A model generated the notes under the pieces. The model was not told the origin of the DNA and ran no database searches. It saw only the letters and a list, made by a program, of their open reading frames with translations. A stretch of 64,000 bases of DNA from Hyphomicrobiaceae bacterium. GTDB lineage: Bacteria; Pseudomonadota; Alphaproteobacteria; Rhizobiales; Hyphomicrobiaceae. Of this stretch, positions 52,761 through 62,964 are shown piece after piece; within the stretch, counting starts at the first letter, position 1, and each line of letters opens with the position of its first letter. Made by a program: the position numbers and the translations under genes. The stretch is taken from assembly GCA_030655135.1 (NCBI GenBank), contig JAURWC010000042.1, positions 128,553-192,552 on the forward strand. The letters are read 5' to 3'.

Positions 52761-55700
52761 TCACTCGGCGGGCACGGCGGCCGTGCGCGGAGCTTCGGGG
52801 TGCAGCGGACGGCCCAGGCCGCGGCAGAGCACGTAGAATACCGGCGTGAAGATCAGGCCGAACAGCGTCACGCCGATCATGCCGGAGAACACGGCCGTAC
52901 CCAGCGATTGGCGCATCTCGGCACCTGCGCCGGTGGCGAACACAAGCGGTACGACGCCGAGAATGAAGGCGAGCGACGTCATCAGAATGGGCCGCAAGCG
53001 GGTGCGAGCGGCGTCAACGGCGGCCTCAAACCGGCTCTTTCCTTCTTCCTCTGCCTGCTTGGCGAACTCGACGATCAAAATGGCGTTCTTGGCGGCAAGG
53101 CCCACGAGCACCACGAGACCGATTTCCACCAGCACGTTGCGGTCGAGCCCGCGCAAGTTGACGCCGATCATCGCTGCAAAAATACACATCGGCACGATCA
53201 GGATGACGGCCAGCGGCAACAGCCAACTTTCGTAGAGTGCCGACAGCAGCAGGAACACGAACACGACGGCAAGCCCGAAGGCGATGATGGCCGTATTGCC
53301 CGCGAGCTTTTCCTGCAGCGCAATTTCTGTCCACTCGAAGCCGAAGCCCGACGGCAGCTTTTCAGCCGCGATCTTTTCCATCGCTTCCAGCCCCTGGCCC
53401 GACGAGAACCCGCGCGCCAGCCCAACCTGCACCTCGGCGGCTGGAAACAGATTATAGCGTGGCACGCGATAGGGCCCGGTGGTGTCGGTGAAGTTCGCCA
53501 CCGCCCCGATCGGCACCATGTCCCCGTCGATGTTTCGGGTTTTCAGCTGCGAGACGTCGCGCAAGGTCAGGCGGTAGGGATTGTCGGCCTGCGCCGTCAC
53601 GCGATAGGTGCGGCCAAGGATGTTGAAGTCGTTGACGAACGCGGAGCCCATGTAGACCGACAGCGTCTCGAACACCCGGCTGATCGGCACGCCGAGTTGT
53701 TCGGACTTCGTGCGGTCGATGTCCGCGAAGATTTCCGGCGTTTTCGTGTTGAAGAGCGTGAAGGGCTGGACGAAGCCGGGATTTTGCCCGGCCGCGCCCG
53801 CGACCGCCCACGTCGCACCTTCCAGCGCCGGCAGACCGCGCCCTGCGAGATCCTGCACGTAGCCCTTGAGGCCGCCGCCGGTGCCTATGCCCGGTACGGA
53901 CGGTGGCTCGATGATCAGCGCCATCGCGCCGCCGATCGGTCCCATATTCTGGCGCAGATCCGCCAGGATGCCATCTTTCGTCAGGCCCGCTTTGATGCGG
54001 TCCTCGAACGACTTCAACCGAATGAAGATCACGCCGGTGTTGGGCGCGTTGGTGAACGTGGCACCATCGAAACCGACGAATTGCACCGCCGCTTCGATGC
54101 CAGGCCTGGCCAAAATGACGTCGGCTGCCTGGCGCAACAGGGCGTCGGACCGCTCCAGCGTCGAGCCCGGCGGCAGCTGGAAGGCGCCGATGAAGTACGT
54201 CCGGTCCAGCTGTGGGATGAGGCCCGTCGGCGTAGAGGCGAGCCGGTCGTAAGTGAGGTACAGCAGCCCCGCGTAGGCGACGAGCAAGATCGCGCCGAGG
54301 CGCACCAGCCGCGCCGTCAATGCGCCATAGCCCGCCGACAGGCGTTCGAACGCCCAGTTGAATCCGCGGAAGAACGCTCGAACCGGCGTCATGATGGTTC
54401 GCATAATGCCGCGCTTCTGCTCGTGGTCGGGCACGTGCGGCTTCAGCAGCAACGCGGCCATGGCCGGCGACAGCGTCAAGGACACGAAGCACGAGATGGC
54501 CGTGGACGCCGCGATCGTAATGGCGAACTGTTTGTAAAACGTGCCCTGCAGACCGGAGATGAAGGCCGTCGGCAGGAACACGCCGATGAGGACCAAAGAG
54601 ATCGCCAACAGCGCGCCGCCCACTTCGTCCATCGTCTTGTGGGCCGCCTCGAGGGGCGTCATGCCCTGGCGCAAATAGCGCTCCACGTTTTCCACCACGA
54701 CGATCGCGTCGTCGACGACGATGCCGATGGCGAGCACCAGCCCAAACAGCGATAGCGAATTGAACGAGATGCCCAGCGCCGCCATGATCGAGAACGTGCC
54801 GATCAGCGACACGGGGATCGCGAGGATGGGGATGATCGCCGCCCGCCACGTCTGCAGGAAGATGATCACCACCAGCACGACGAGAATCAGCGCCTCAACG
54901 AGCGTTTCGATCACGGCGTCGATCGAGAACTGGATGAACTCCGTCGGGTTGTAGACGACCGAGTAGCCGACGCCGGGTGGAAAGTCCTTCTTCAGGGTTT
55001 CCATGTCGGAAATGACGGCAGCGGCGGTTGCCAGCGCATTGGAACCCGGGCGCTGGAAGATGACGATGGCGGTTGCCACCTTGTTATTCAGGTAGGCATT
55101 GACCGTGTAGTCCTGCGAGCCGAGTTCCACGCGCGCGATGTCGCGGACGCGCGTGACCGAGCCGTCGGGCTCTGCACGGACGACGATATTCTCGAACTCT
55201 TCCGGAGCGGTCAGCCGCCCGAGCGTATTCACCGCCAGCGTGAACGCTCCTGGCGATGACGCCGGGGGTTGGTTGATCGATCCGGCCGCTACCTGCAGGT
55301 TGGCCGCCTGCAGCGCTGCAACGACCTCTGACGCCGTGAGATCACGCGCGGCGACCTTCGCCGGATCGAGCCAAACGCGCATCGAATAATCGCGCGCGCC
55401 GAAGATGCGCACGTCGCCCACGCCGTCGATGCGCGCGACGCGGTCTTTGACGAAAAGCGTGGCGTAGTTGGAAATGTACTGCTGGTCGCGTGTGTCGTCC
55501 GGCGACACCATGTGCACGACCATCATCAGGTCAGGCGAGGCCTTGCGCACGACGAGGCCAAGGCGGCGCACGTCTTCCGGCAGCCGCGGCTCGGCCACCG
55601 ACACGCGGTTCTGGACCAGCACCTGAGCCTGATCGATGTTGGTGCCGGGCTTGAACACCACGTTGATCGAGACACGCCCATCGCCCGTCGATTGCGAGCT

Positions 55701-55940
55701 GATGTACAGCATGTCGTCAACGCCGTTCACCTCCTGCTCGATCGGCGTCGCGACGGTTTCGGCGATGACAGTCGCGGAGGCGCCCGGATACGTGGCCGCG
55801 ATGTTGACCGTTGGCGGGGCAATATCGGGATACTCGGCGATCGGCAGCTGCCGCCCGGCGATCAGGCCGACGATGGTGATGAGGATCGACAGCACGGTCG
55901 CGAAGATCGGCCGGTCAATGAAGAAGTGCGGGAAGCGCAT
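52761..55940 (-). CDS. RND (HAE1, AcrB-like) multidrug efflux permease
   Basis: 1059 aa. MRFPHFFIDRPIFA N-terminus, 12 TM and two large periplasmic loops. Confidence 0.92.
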   Translation of the reverse strand: MRFPHFFIDRPIFATVLSILITIVGLIAGRQLPIAEYPDIAPPTVNIAATYPGASATVIAETVATPIEQEVNGVDDMLYISSQSTGDGRVSINVVFKPGTNIDQAQVLVQNRVSVAEPRLPEDVRRLGLVVRKASPDLMMVVHMVSPDDTRDQQYISNYATLFVKDRVARIDGVGDVRIFGARDYSMRVWLDPAKVAARDLTASEVVAALQAANLQVAAGSINQPPASSPGAFTLAVNTLGRLTAPEEFENIVVRAEPDGSVTRVRDIARVELGSQDYTVNAYLNNKVATAIVIFQRPGSNALATAAAVISDMETLKKDFPPGVGYSVVYNPTEFIQFSIDAVIETLVEALILVVLVVIIFLQTWRAAIIPILAIPVSLIGTFSIMAALGISFNSLSLFGLVLAIGIVVDDAIVVVENVERYLRQGMTPLEAAHKTMDEVGGALLAISLVLIGVFLPTAFISGLQGTFYKQFAITIAASTAISCFVSLTLSPAMAALLLKPHVPDHEQKRGIMRTIMTPVRAFFRGFNWAFERLSAGYGALTARLVRLGAILLVAYAGLLYLTYDRLASTPTGLIPQLDRTYFIGAFQLPPGSTLERSDALLRQAADVILARPGIEAAVQFVGFDGATFTNAPNTGVIFIRLKSFEDRIKAGLTKDGILADLRQNMGPIGGAMALIIEPPSVPGIGTGGGLKGYVQDLAGRGLPALEGATWAVAGAAGQNPGFVQPFTLFNTKTPEIFADIDRTKSEQLGVPISRVFETLSVYMGSAFVNDFNILGRTYRVTAQADNPYRLTLRDVSQLKTRNIDGDMVPIGAVANFTDTTGPYRVPRYNLFPAAEVQVGLARGFSSGQGLEAMEKIAAEKLPSGFGFEWTEIALQEKLAGNTAIIAFGLAVVFVFLLLSALYESWLLPLAVILIVPMCIFAAMIGVNLRGLDRNVLVEIGLVVLVGLAAKNAILIVEFAKQAEEEGKSRFEAAVDAARTRLRPILMTSLAFILGVVPLVFATGAGAEMRQSLGTAVFSGMIGVTLFGLIFTPVFYVLCRGLGRPLHPEAPRTAAVPAE

Positions 55941-55964
55941 GGCGTGATGTCCTTACACTTCCGG

Positions 55965-57140
55965 TTACTGCTGCGACGGCGGGGGCGGCGGGGCTTCGGC
56001 GGCTTTGATCTCGCCGGGCTTGGGCGTCACCTTCGCCCCCGGCCGCACCATCGGATTGGCAATGCCTTCGATGACCACCTTGTCGTCTTTGGCGAGACCC
56101 TTGGTGATGACCCGCAGCCCTTCTTCGAGGGGGCCGAGCGTCACGGGCGCTGCCTTCACGACATTGTCGTCGCCAACGACGAAGACGATCTTGCGCATCT
56201 GATCGGAGACCACGGCGCCGTCGGGAATGAGCAAGGCATCTAGGTCGCCGCCGAAAAGCTGCATGCGGGCGAACACGCCCGGGACGAACAGCTGATCCTT
56301 ATTGTCGAATATTGCGCGGCCGCGGATGGTGCCGGATCGCGCATTCAGCTGGTTGTCAACGAAGTCCATGTGCCCGGTGTGCTTGAATTCGGCTTCGTCG
56401 GCCAGGCGAACCCGTACCGGATTGTCCGTGTCGCGCGACGACTTGCGCCCGCCCGCCAGGCTCAGGCGCCCATACCGCAGGTAGTCGGCCTCAGAGGCAT
56501 CGAACACGAAATGAATGGGCTCCAGCGAGACGATCGTGGTGAGCAGCGTCGTGCCGCCGGTGCCACCCGTCACGAGGTTGCCGATGTCCACTTTGCGATC
56601 GGATATGCGGCCCGACACGGGGGCCGTGACGGCTGTCCATTCCAAGTTCAGCTGGGCGCGCTTGAGGCTGGCTTGCGCCGCCTGCAGGGCGGCACGCTGC
56701 ACGTTGAGATTGGCGCTGCGCTGGTCGAAGTCCCGCTCCGTGACTGCCCCGGTCTTTACAAGGGGACGCGCGCGTTCCACTTCGTTTTCGGCCAGATCGA
56801 CCTGGGCGTCCGATCGCGCGATCTCGGCTTCGGCGCTTTCGACCGCAATGCGGTATTCGCGGGGGTCGATCGTGAACAGCTGATCGCCCGCCTTGACGAG
56901 TTGGCCGTCCTTGAAATGGATTTTTTCGATGAACCCCGATACGCGCGGGCGAACTTCAACCGCCTCGATGGCTTCGAAGCGGCCCGAGTATTCGTCCCAC
57001 GTGGCGATGCGCTTAGCCAGTGGCGGCGCCACGGTGACAGGCGGCGCCGGCGGAGGTCCCTGCTGCTGGGCGATGGCTGGTTCGACGCTCAGTAGAGTCG
57101 CCAGGATAACGAGCGCTGAAAAGCAGCTCTGCGGGCTCAT
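55965..57140 (-). CDS. RND efflux membrane-fusion (periplasmic adaptor) protein
   Basis: Signal peptide, lipoyl/hairpin/beta-barrel pattern (...VSGFIEKIHFKDGQLVKAGDQLFTIDP...). Directly upstream of the RND pump. Confidence 0.88.
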   Translation of the reverse strand: MSPQSCFSALVILATLLSVEPAIAQQQGPPPAPPVTVAPPLAKRIATWDEYSGRFEAIEAVEVRPRVSGFIEKIHFKDGQLVKAGDQLFTIDPREYRIAVESAEAEIARSDAQVDLAENEVERARPLVKTGAVTERDFDQRSANLNVQRAALQAAQASLKRAQLNLEWTAVTAPVSGRISDRKVDIGNLVTGGTGGTTLLTTIVSLEPIHFVFDASEADYLRYGRLSLAGGRKSSRDTDNPVRVRLADEAEFKHTGHMDFVDNQLNARSGTIRGRAIFDNKDQLFVPGVFARMQLFGGDLDALLIPDGAVVSDQMRKIVFVVGDDNVVKAAPVTLGPLEEGLRVITKGLAKDDKVVIEGIANPMVRPGAKVTPKPGEIKAAEAPPPPPSQQ

Positions 57141-57347
57141 CGAAAGTCTCCGGGACCAGGGGATGTTACGCGGGACGGCGCCCAAGACATGACATATGGT
57201 TCACCTTTTAGACAACGGCCTTGATCATCCGGCGGCGTCTTAATCGCCGGTTCATTCTGAACCCGATACTGGCGTTGCCACAGAAACTGGAGTAGCTGAC
57301 CGGCGATGGTTTCACGCCACGCAGTCTGACGATGGATTTCCCACGCG

Positions 57348-58940
57348 ATGACCTTCGAGCTGCATAGGCGGCATCTTCTGGCGAGTTTGGCGGCCTTGAC
57401 GATGGGAGGTGTGGCCTCTCGTGCGCCCACCGCCGAGGCTCAGACGGTCCAGGGCGAAATCCTTTTCGGCACCGCGAGCGCGTTCAGCTTCGATGCGCTG
57501 AAGGCCGCCGCCAAAGCCCTAGCCGCGGACGACTGGAAAGAACCGGTTGCCGCCCATGCGGATGTCCTACGCCAGATTGATTACGACGCGTTCCAGCAGG
57601 TGCGCTTCCGTCCCGACATGAGCCTGCGGCTAGATCGCGACGGCCGGGTTCCAGTGCAGCTGTTCCATCTCAGCCAGCTGTTCCTGTCGCCGGTGCACAT
57701 CTATCTTGTGGGGGCCGGCCAGGCTCGCGAAGTTTTGTATGACCCCAAGCTGTTCGAAACGCCGCCGGGCCACCCTGCCCGCCAGCTCCAAGCCGACGGC
57801 ATGGGCTTTGCCGGTTTCCGCGTGATGGCGGGTGATCTCAACACCGACTGGCTGGCGTTTTTGGGGGCTTCTTATTTTCGCACGTCCGGACCGTATAATC
57901 AGTACGGCCTCTCGGCGCGGGCCTTGGCGGTCGACACCGCCTTGCCGCACCCCGAGGAGTTTCCGCGGTTCACGGCATTCTACCTGGAATCGGCCACCGA
58001 GGCCCCGGCCGTCACGCTCTATGCGATGCTGGACAGCCCCAGCGTGACGGGTGCTTACCGCATGCGCAGCGAGCGTTTGACGGATAGCCGCGGCATCCAC
58101 CGCATCGTCATGGAAATTGAAGCCGACTTGCACGCGCGCAAGGACATCGAGCGCCTCGGCATCGCGCCGTTCTCCAGCATGTTCTGGTATGGCGAGTCGA
58201 GCCGCAAACAGGCCTCCGACTGGCGCCCCGAGATTCACGACAGCGACGGTCTGGCCGTGCTGACGGGATCGGGCGAGCGGCTCTGGCGCCCGATCAATAA
58301 TCCGCCGCGCGTGATGACGAGCACGTTCATCGATCGCGACGTGAAGGGCTTCGGCCTGATGCAGCGCGACCGCGACTTCGTGCACTATCTTGACGATGGC
58401 GTGTTCTACGAGCGCCGCCCCTCGGTGTGGGTCGAACCCCTTGAGCCGTGGGGTGAAGGCGCCGTCCATCTCGTCGAAATCCCGACTGACGACGAGATCA
58501 ACGACAACATCGTCGCCTACTGGTGCCCGAAGGAGCAACTGCGTGCCGGGCAGGACCGCAACTTCCGCTACCGCCTGTCCTGGCTCGACGACATCGCCTT
58601 CCCCGACACGTTGGGCTGGGCAACGGCAACGTGGACCGGCCTGGGTGGCCGCCCCGGACACAAGCGGCCCACCGGCGTGCGCAAGTTCGTGATCGATTTC
58701 CAGGGTTCCGTCTTCGCGGGGCTTGGCCGCAACGATGGCGTGGAGATCGTCACCACGGTCTCGCGCGGCGCTGTCACCAACGCTTACACGCACCCCGTCG
58801 TCGATCAGCGTGAGCGATGGCGTGCGCTTTTCGACCTGGAGGCGACCGGCGGCGAGCCCGTCGAGATGCGCGCCTTCCTGCGTAAGGATGGCAGGGCGCT
58901 GACGGAGACCTGGGTGTACCAGTATTTCCCTGACGCGTGA
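57348..58940 (+). CDS. opgD: Periplasmic glucan biosynthesis protein, MdoG/OpgD family (Tat signal)
   Basis: Twin-arginine signal HRRHLLASLAALTMGG...AEAQ. OpgG/D-family length and blocks (...FRPDMSL..., ...SYFR..., ...DSDGL...). Confidence 0.85.
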   Translation: MTFELHRRHLLASLAALTMGGVASRAPTAEAQTVQGEILFGTASAFSFDALKAAAKALAADDWKEPVAAHADVLRQIDYDAFQQVRFRPDMSLRLDRDGRVPVQLFHLSQLFLSPVHIYLVGAGQAREVLYDPKLFETPPGHPARQLQADGMGFAGFRVMAGDLNTDWLAFLGASYFRTSGPYNQYGLSARALAVDTALPHPEEFPRFTAFYLESATEAPAVTLYAMLDSPSVTGAYRMRSERLTDSRGIHRIVMEIEADLHARKDIERLGIAPFSSMFWYGESSRKQASDWRPEIHDSDGLAVLTGSGERLWRPINNPPRVMTSTFIDRDVKGFGLMQRDRDFVHYLDDGVFYERRPSVWVEPLEPWGEGAVHLVEIPTDDEINDNIVAYWCPKEQLRAGQDRNFRYRLSWLDDIAFPDTLGWATATWTGLGGRPGHKRPTGVRKFVIDFQGSVFAGLGRNDGVEIVTTVSRGAVTNAYTHPVVDQRERWRALFDLEATGGEPVEMRAFLRKDGRALTETWVYQYFPDA

Positions 58941-58990
58941 TCACTCACGTTTTCGGCGCGGGGGCATTATGTTGGTTCGCGTGAGCAACA

Positions 58991-59920
58991 ATGGAGTGCG
59001 CGATGAGCTGGCAGCCAACAGCAGATCCCAAGCCTGGTGACGCCACAGCCTGCGATGCTGTTGAACAGGTCATCGTGCCGCGCGCCCGCGATCTCGGCGG
59101 CTTCGAGGTGCGCCGTGCCCTTCCCGCAGCCGGCAAGCAGATGATCGGCCCGTTCATTTTCTTCGATCAGTTTGGACCCAACGAATTCCTGCTGGGCCAG
59201 GGCCTCGACGTGCGGCCGCATCCGCATATCGGTCTGTCCACGGTCACGTATCTGTTCGACGGCGAAATCATGCATCGCGACAGCCTCGGCACGGCGCAAG
59301 CCATAAAGCCCGGCGCGCTCAACCTGATGACGGCCGGACGCGGCATCGTGCATTCGGAACGCACGGCGGAGGAACAGCGGGCGCAAACCGTGCGTCTGTT
59401 CGGCATCCAGTTGTGGGCCGCGCTACCGAAGGCGCAGGAGGAAAACGCGCCTGCATTCGTGCACCACGCTGAAGGCGAACTGCCACGCGTCGACGGCGAG
59501 GGCAAACGCGTGCGCGTCATCATGGGCGACATATACGGCCAGCGCTCGCCCGCGCAGTTTCCGCATCCCGCATTCTACGCTGAAGCGATCCTGGCGCCCG
59601 GCGCCGTGCTGCCTTTTGATCCCGACTACGACGAGCGCGGCATCTTCGTCGTCTCCGGTGAGATCGACATCGGCGGCCAGACGTTCGGCCCCGGACAGCT
59701 GTTAGTGCTGAAGCCCGGCGACCGCATCTCGGTCCTGGCCACGAGCCAATCGCGACTGATGCTCATCGGCGGCGAGCCGATGGACGGCCCGCGCCACATC
59801 TGGTGGAACTTCGTCTCATCCTCAAGAGACCGCATCGACGCGGCCAAGGCCGACTGGCGCCAAGGCCGCTTCGAGACCGTCCCGGGTGACGAGAAGGAAT
59901 ACATTCCGTTGCCGGAGTAG
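58991..59920 (+). CDS. Pirin-family (bicupin) protein
   Basis: ...RRALPAAGKQMIGPFIFFDQFGP...RPHPHIGLSTVTYLF.GEIMHRDSLG... An ATG at 59003 is an alternative start. Confidence 0.85.
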   Translation: MECAMSWQPTADPKPGDATACDAVEQVIVPRARDLGGFEVRRALPAAGKQMIGPFIFFDQFGPNEFLLGQGLDVRPHPHIGLSTVTYLFDGEIMHRDSLGTAQAIKPGALNLMTAGRGIVHSERTAEEQRAQTVRLFGIQLWAALPKAQEENAPAFVHHAEGELPRVDGEGKRVRVIMGDIYGQRSPAQFPHPAFYAEAILAPGAVLPFDPDYDERGIFVVSGEIDIGGQTFGPGQLLVLKPGDRISVLATSQSRLMLIGGEPMDGPRHIWWNFVSSSRDRIDAAKADWRQGRFETVPGDEKEYIPLPE

Positions 59921-59929
59921 CCGGCCGGC

Positions 59930-59964
59930 AAAAAAAACGGCGCCGCGTTCCATCGCAGCGCCGT
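59930..59964 (-). terminator. Rho-independent terminator after sseA
   Basis: 11-bp stem (one mismatch) acggcgccgcg/cgcagcgccgt with a 6-nt loop. The plus-strand A8 run gives a T8 tail on the minus strand. Confidence 0.7.
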
Positions 59965-59990
59965 CTATCTTGATCGACTTGTATCGCTGA

Positions 59991-60860
59991 CTATGCGGCA
60001 GGGCCAGTCTCGATCGGCGGGCCATTTTCCTGGCCCCACTCCGCCCACGATCCGTCGTAGACACCCGCGTTGACCTGTCCCGCGACGGCGAGCGCAAGCG
60101 ACAGCATCGCAGCCGTCACGCCTGAACCGCACGTGGTCACTACGGGCTCGGCTGGATTAATGCCGGCACCTTTGAAAAGGGCGATCAGTTCGGCCTTCGA
60201 CTTCAGTGTACCGTCGTCATTCAAGATCGTCGGCGACGGCACGTTGCGTGCGCCTGGAATGTGCCCCACGCGCAGACCCGGCCGCGGCTCCGGATCCTTA
60301 CCCTCGAAGCGGCCGGCGGGCCGCGCGTCGACGATCTGCATGTTGCCTTTGGCGACGTAAGCCTTCATGTCGTCCATGTCGCGAATGAGTTCGGCGTTCA
60401 CCTGCGGGGTGAAATGCCGCGCCGTCCGGCCGATCGGCGGCATGTCCTCGATCTCGCGCCCTTCGGCCTTCCACTTCTTCAACCCGCCATTCAGCACAGC
60501 GACGTCGCGATGGCCCATGGCGCGGAACGTCCACCAGGCGCGCGCCGCGGAAAACAGGCCGTAGCTATCGTAGACGACGATGCGCATGCCATCGCCCACC
60601 CCCATCTTCTTCATGCGCGAGGCGAACTTCACGCTCGACGGCAGCATGTGGGGCAAGTTCGACTTTTCATCCGTCAGGTCGTCGATGTCGAAAAACAACG
60701 CCCCGGGAATGTGCTCGGCATTGTATTCGGCCTTGGCGTCACGGCCGGCCGTCGGCAGGTGCCACGACGCATCGAGGATGACGAGGTCGGGGGCGTTGAG
60801 ATGGTCGGCCAGCCAATCGGTTTCGACGATCCAGTTCTGGGCGCTGTTGGCCACGTGCAT
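59991..60860 (-). CDS. sseA: 3-mercaptopyruvate sulfurtransferase (tandem rhodanese)
   Basis: Active-site CGSGVTA and ...RYNAEHIPGALFFDI... AAGGAG SD before the ATG at 60860. ORF-track 5' extension discarded. Confidence 0.88.
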   Translation of the reverse strand: MHVANSAQNWIVETDWLADHLNAPDLVILDASWHLPTAGRDAKAEYNAEHIPGALFFDIDDLTDEKSNLPHMLPSSVKFASRMKKMGVGDGMRIVVYDSYGLFSAARAWWTFRAMGHRDVAVLNGGLKKWKAEGREIEDMPPIGRTARHFTPQVNAELIRDMDDMKAYVAKGNMQIVDARPAGRFEGKDPEPRPGLRVGHIPGARNVPSPTILNDDGTLKSKAELIALFKGAGINPAEPVVTTCGSGVTAAMLSLALAVAGQVNAGVYDGSWAEWGQENGPPIETGPAA

Positions 60861-61161
60861 CTCCTTAACAATCAACGTCTGACGTCCGGCGTTGCCTATA
60901 TGGGAAACGCAACCGTGCGATGGCAACCCGGCAGATTTCTGCCACGGCGAAAAAGCCGAGCTCTGCGGTGGAATAAGGGCCGTGACCAATCTTCGATCCA
61001 GCGCCATCGGCGTCCGGATTCACCAAGCATTGGAGGCAGGCCGTAACACGCGCCGTTTTCGGCCGTCAAGGCGCGGCATATGTCAGACGGCGCCGTGACA
61101 TAACGAGCACGCCCTGTTGCTTGCCATCCCCGCCAAACCCCTGTACCAGAGCGGCCAGAGT

Positions 61162-61236
61162 GGGCCCGTAGCTCAGCGGTAGAGCATCTGACTTTTAATC
61201 AGAGGGTCGTTGGTTCGATCCCAACCGGGCTCACCA
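61162..61236 (+). tRNA. tRNA-Lys (anticodon TTT)
   Basis: gggcccgtagctcagcggtagagcatctgactTTTaatcagagggtcgttggttcgatcccaaccgggctcacca. Confidence 0.9.
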
Positions 61237-61841
61237 GTGTTTGCGGAGAGGGTAGCAAGGCTCAATCCCCCTAGGCTGCAGCACTCATCGCCATGATCCG
61301 CGAGAGGGGCGTTGAGCGCCCACATCCGCCTGAGCCGATCTGCGCAACGGCTTAAAAAGACCGGGCTCCTGACATAGCCGAACTTCCATCGCTGATCACC
61401 ACGTGGAACGGAAGGCCGTCTAAAACCGAGAGATCTTCTGGCCGTTCCGGACTACACATGCGTTCCTTGCTGCCCCAAAAACCGGTCGTGCAGATAGACC
61501 GCATAGGATCTCTCGCCTCACGACCGAATACGGCGTTGCCGCTCTATACGGCGGAAAGCCGAAACGCAGGCTCTGTCGAGCGCAAACTAAAAAGGCAATC
61601 TTTGCAACCATTGAGGAGATCATCGGTGCAGCAATCATTGGCTCGCCGACTAAATCAGCACCACGCCACTTTGCGATATTGTCGCCTACACCTCTCTCCG
61701 CGATGCAGCGTATTCAGACCATGTCGCCACGGTCCGATGAGGCTGGTGAGCAGGTCGCATTCGCATCGGCGACCAGCCAGATAGAGACAAAGTCATGCCG
61801 ACGTTCTATGATGGTCCGCACATACGAGTGAGGACGCGTCT

Positions 61842-62159
61842 GTGCATACATCAGGTCCCCGTCGCTATTCCAAACTAGATCTTTGCTCGACAAGACAGCT
61901 TGAGCATTTGGCCGACGAATTTTGCTACGACCTCGAGACGCTTCGAAATATCGCGACTGCCTTGGGCACACGAACCTGTCGGCATTCCGCGCAAGCTAAG
62001 CGAGCGGTCGATCGCCAAATCAAAGCATTGATGTCCAAGCCGCCGCCTCAAGGTAAGCGAGCGCGCACGAGCGCTCGTTGGCTCGGGATCGCAACGATCA
62101 CTGCCGTGTTGCTAGCGATTGCAGTTGATCAAATCGGCCAATGGTTCGCACAAAGCTAG
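61842..62159 (+). CDS. Hypothetical small protein with a C-terminal TM helix (GTG start)
   Basis: 105-aa ORF ending ...WLGIATITAVLLAIAVDQIGQWF. Overlaps an 85-aa antisense ORF, so coding status is uncertain. Confidence 0.3.
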   Translation: MHTSGPRRYSKLDLCSTRQLEHLADEFCYDLETLRNIATALGTRTCRHSAQAKRAVDRQIKALMSKPPPQGKRARTSARWLGIATITAVLLAIAVDQIGQWFAQS

Positions 62160-62238
62160 TACGCGGCGAGACTATGGAGGAGCGATTTTCGTAGCGGTTA
62201 CTCTGTATCCAACGACGTCCATCCGCTGGTGAAGAACT

Positions 62239-62964
62239 GTGATCAAGCTAAAGCGTCGATTTCCCCGGTTCATAATGCCGGCTTCGCTTGAACTGCTCTG
62301 CCTGCATGAATGCGGTCATGTGGCTGCGGCCTTGGCGCTTGGATCGGTTGTCACCGAAGTCTCGATGCAGATCGGGGAACGGGTATGGGGGCGCACCCGC
62401 ATCGTAAATGTCTCGAACTATCAGCGCCGGATGATCGCTACGGCCGGTTACGCAATTGAGCGTAATCTTTTCGAAGAGGGCCGCCTGCTGAATGGTGCCA
62501 GGCAGCAAATTACCGAAACCGAGTTTCAAAGGGCGACGCGTGAAAATTGTTTCCACGACCGCCTGTTTTACGGCGAGCTTGTAGGAAATTTCCTCACGCC
62601 TCTTTCTTTCGAGGTCGCTGCGGCACTACTGAAAGGCACTCTCGACGTTGCACTTGTCGAAATACTGGCTGTTGCCCTTTTCAATGAGGGCAGGTTGACC
62701 ACCGCGCGTATATCGCAATTGGTCAAAGACGATCGCGATGCACGACAGGTGAGCCTTCCCTTTGAAGATGGCCGAAAGTTTGCTGCCAGTGACCCTTCAC
62801 TCAGTTTATGCGGAGCCTCGGAGCACTTGGCGAGCGAGGTTCAGCAGTCGATATTTTCTTTTGGCGCCGTTGCCACAGGACGGTCTGCAATTGCCGGCCT
62901 GAAGATGGGGCCGACGCCGTTAGGCCAGCGCTCCGGTCAAAAGCGCTGGTGGATAGGATCGTAA
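62239..62964 (+). CDS. Stand-alone HExxH metallopeptidase-like protein resembling the FtsH (M41) peptidase domain; no AAA+ module, no TM
   Basis: LHECGHVAAALALGSVVTEVSM..G...GRT parallels FtsH HEAGHA...V.KVTIIPRG.ALG.T. Downstream ...IATAGYAIERNLF... parallels GGRAAEE. Stop overlaps the next start (TAATG). Confidence 0.55.
   Translation: MIKLKRRFPRFIMPASLELLCLHECGHVAAALALGSVVTEVSMQIGERVWGRTRIVNVSNYQRRMIATAGYAIERNLFEEGRLLNGARQQITETEFQRATRENCFHDRLFYGELVGNFLTPLSFEVAAALLKGTLDVALVEILAVALFNEGRLTTARISQLVKDDRDARQVSLPFEDGRKFAASDPSLSLCGASEHLASEVQQSIFSFGAVATGRSAIAGLKMGPTPLGQRSGQKRWWIGS

Noticed and set aside
61237-61841. Searched the 600 bp after tRNA-Lys, including ORFs 61420-61638(-) and 61714-61971(-), for integrase or recombinase remnants or an att direct repeat.
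   Set aside because: No tyrosine-recombinase motifs (R..H..R..Y context) and no copy of the tRNA 3' end could be recognised by eye. I cannot call a pseudogene or mobile element from this.
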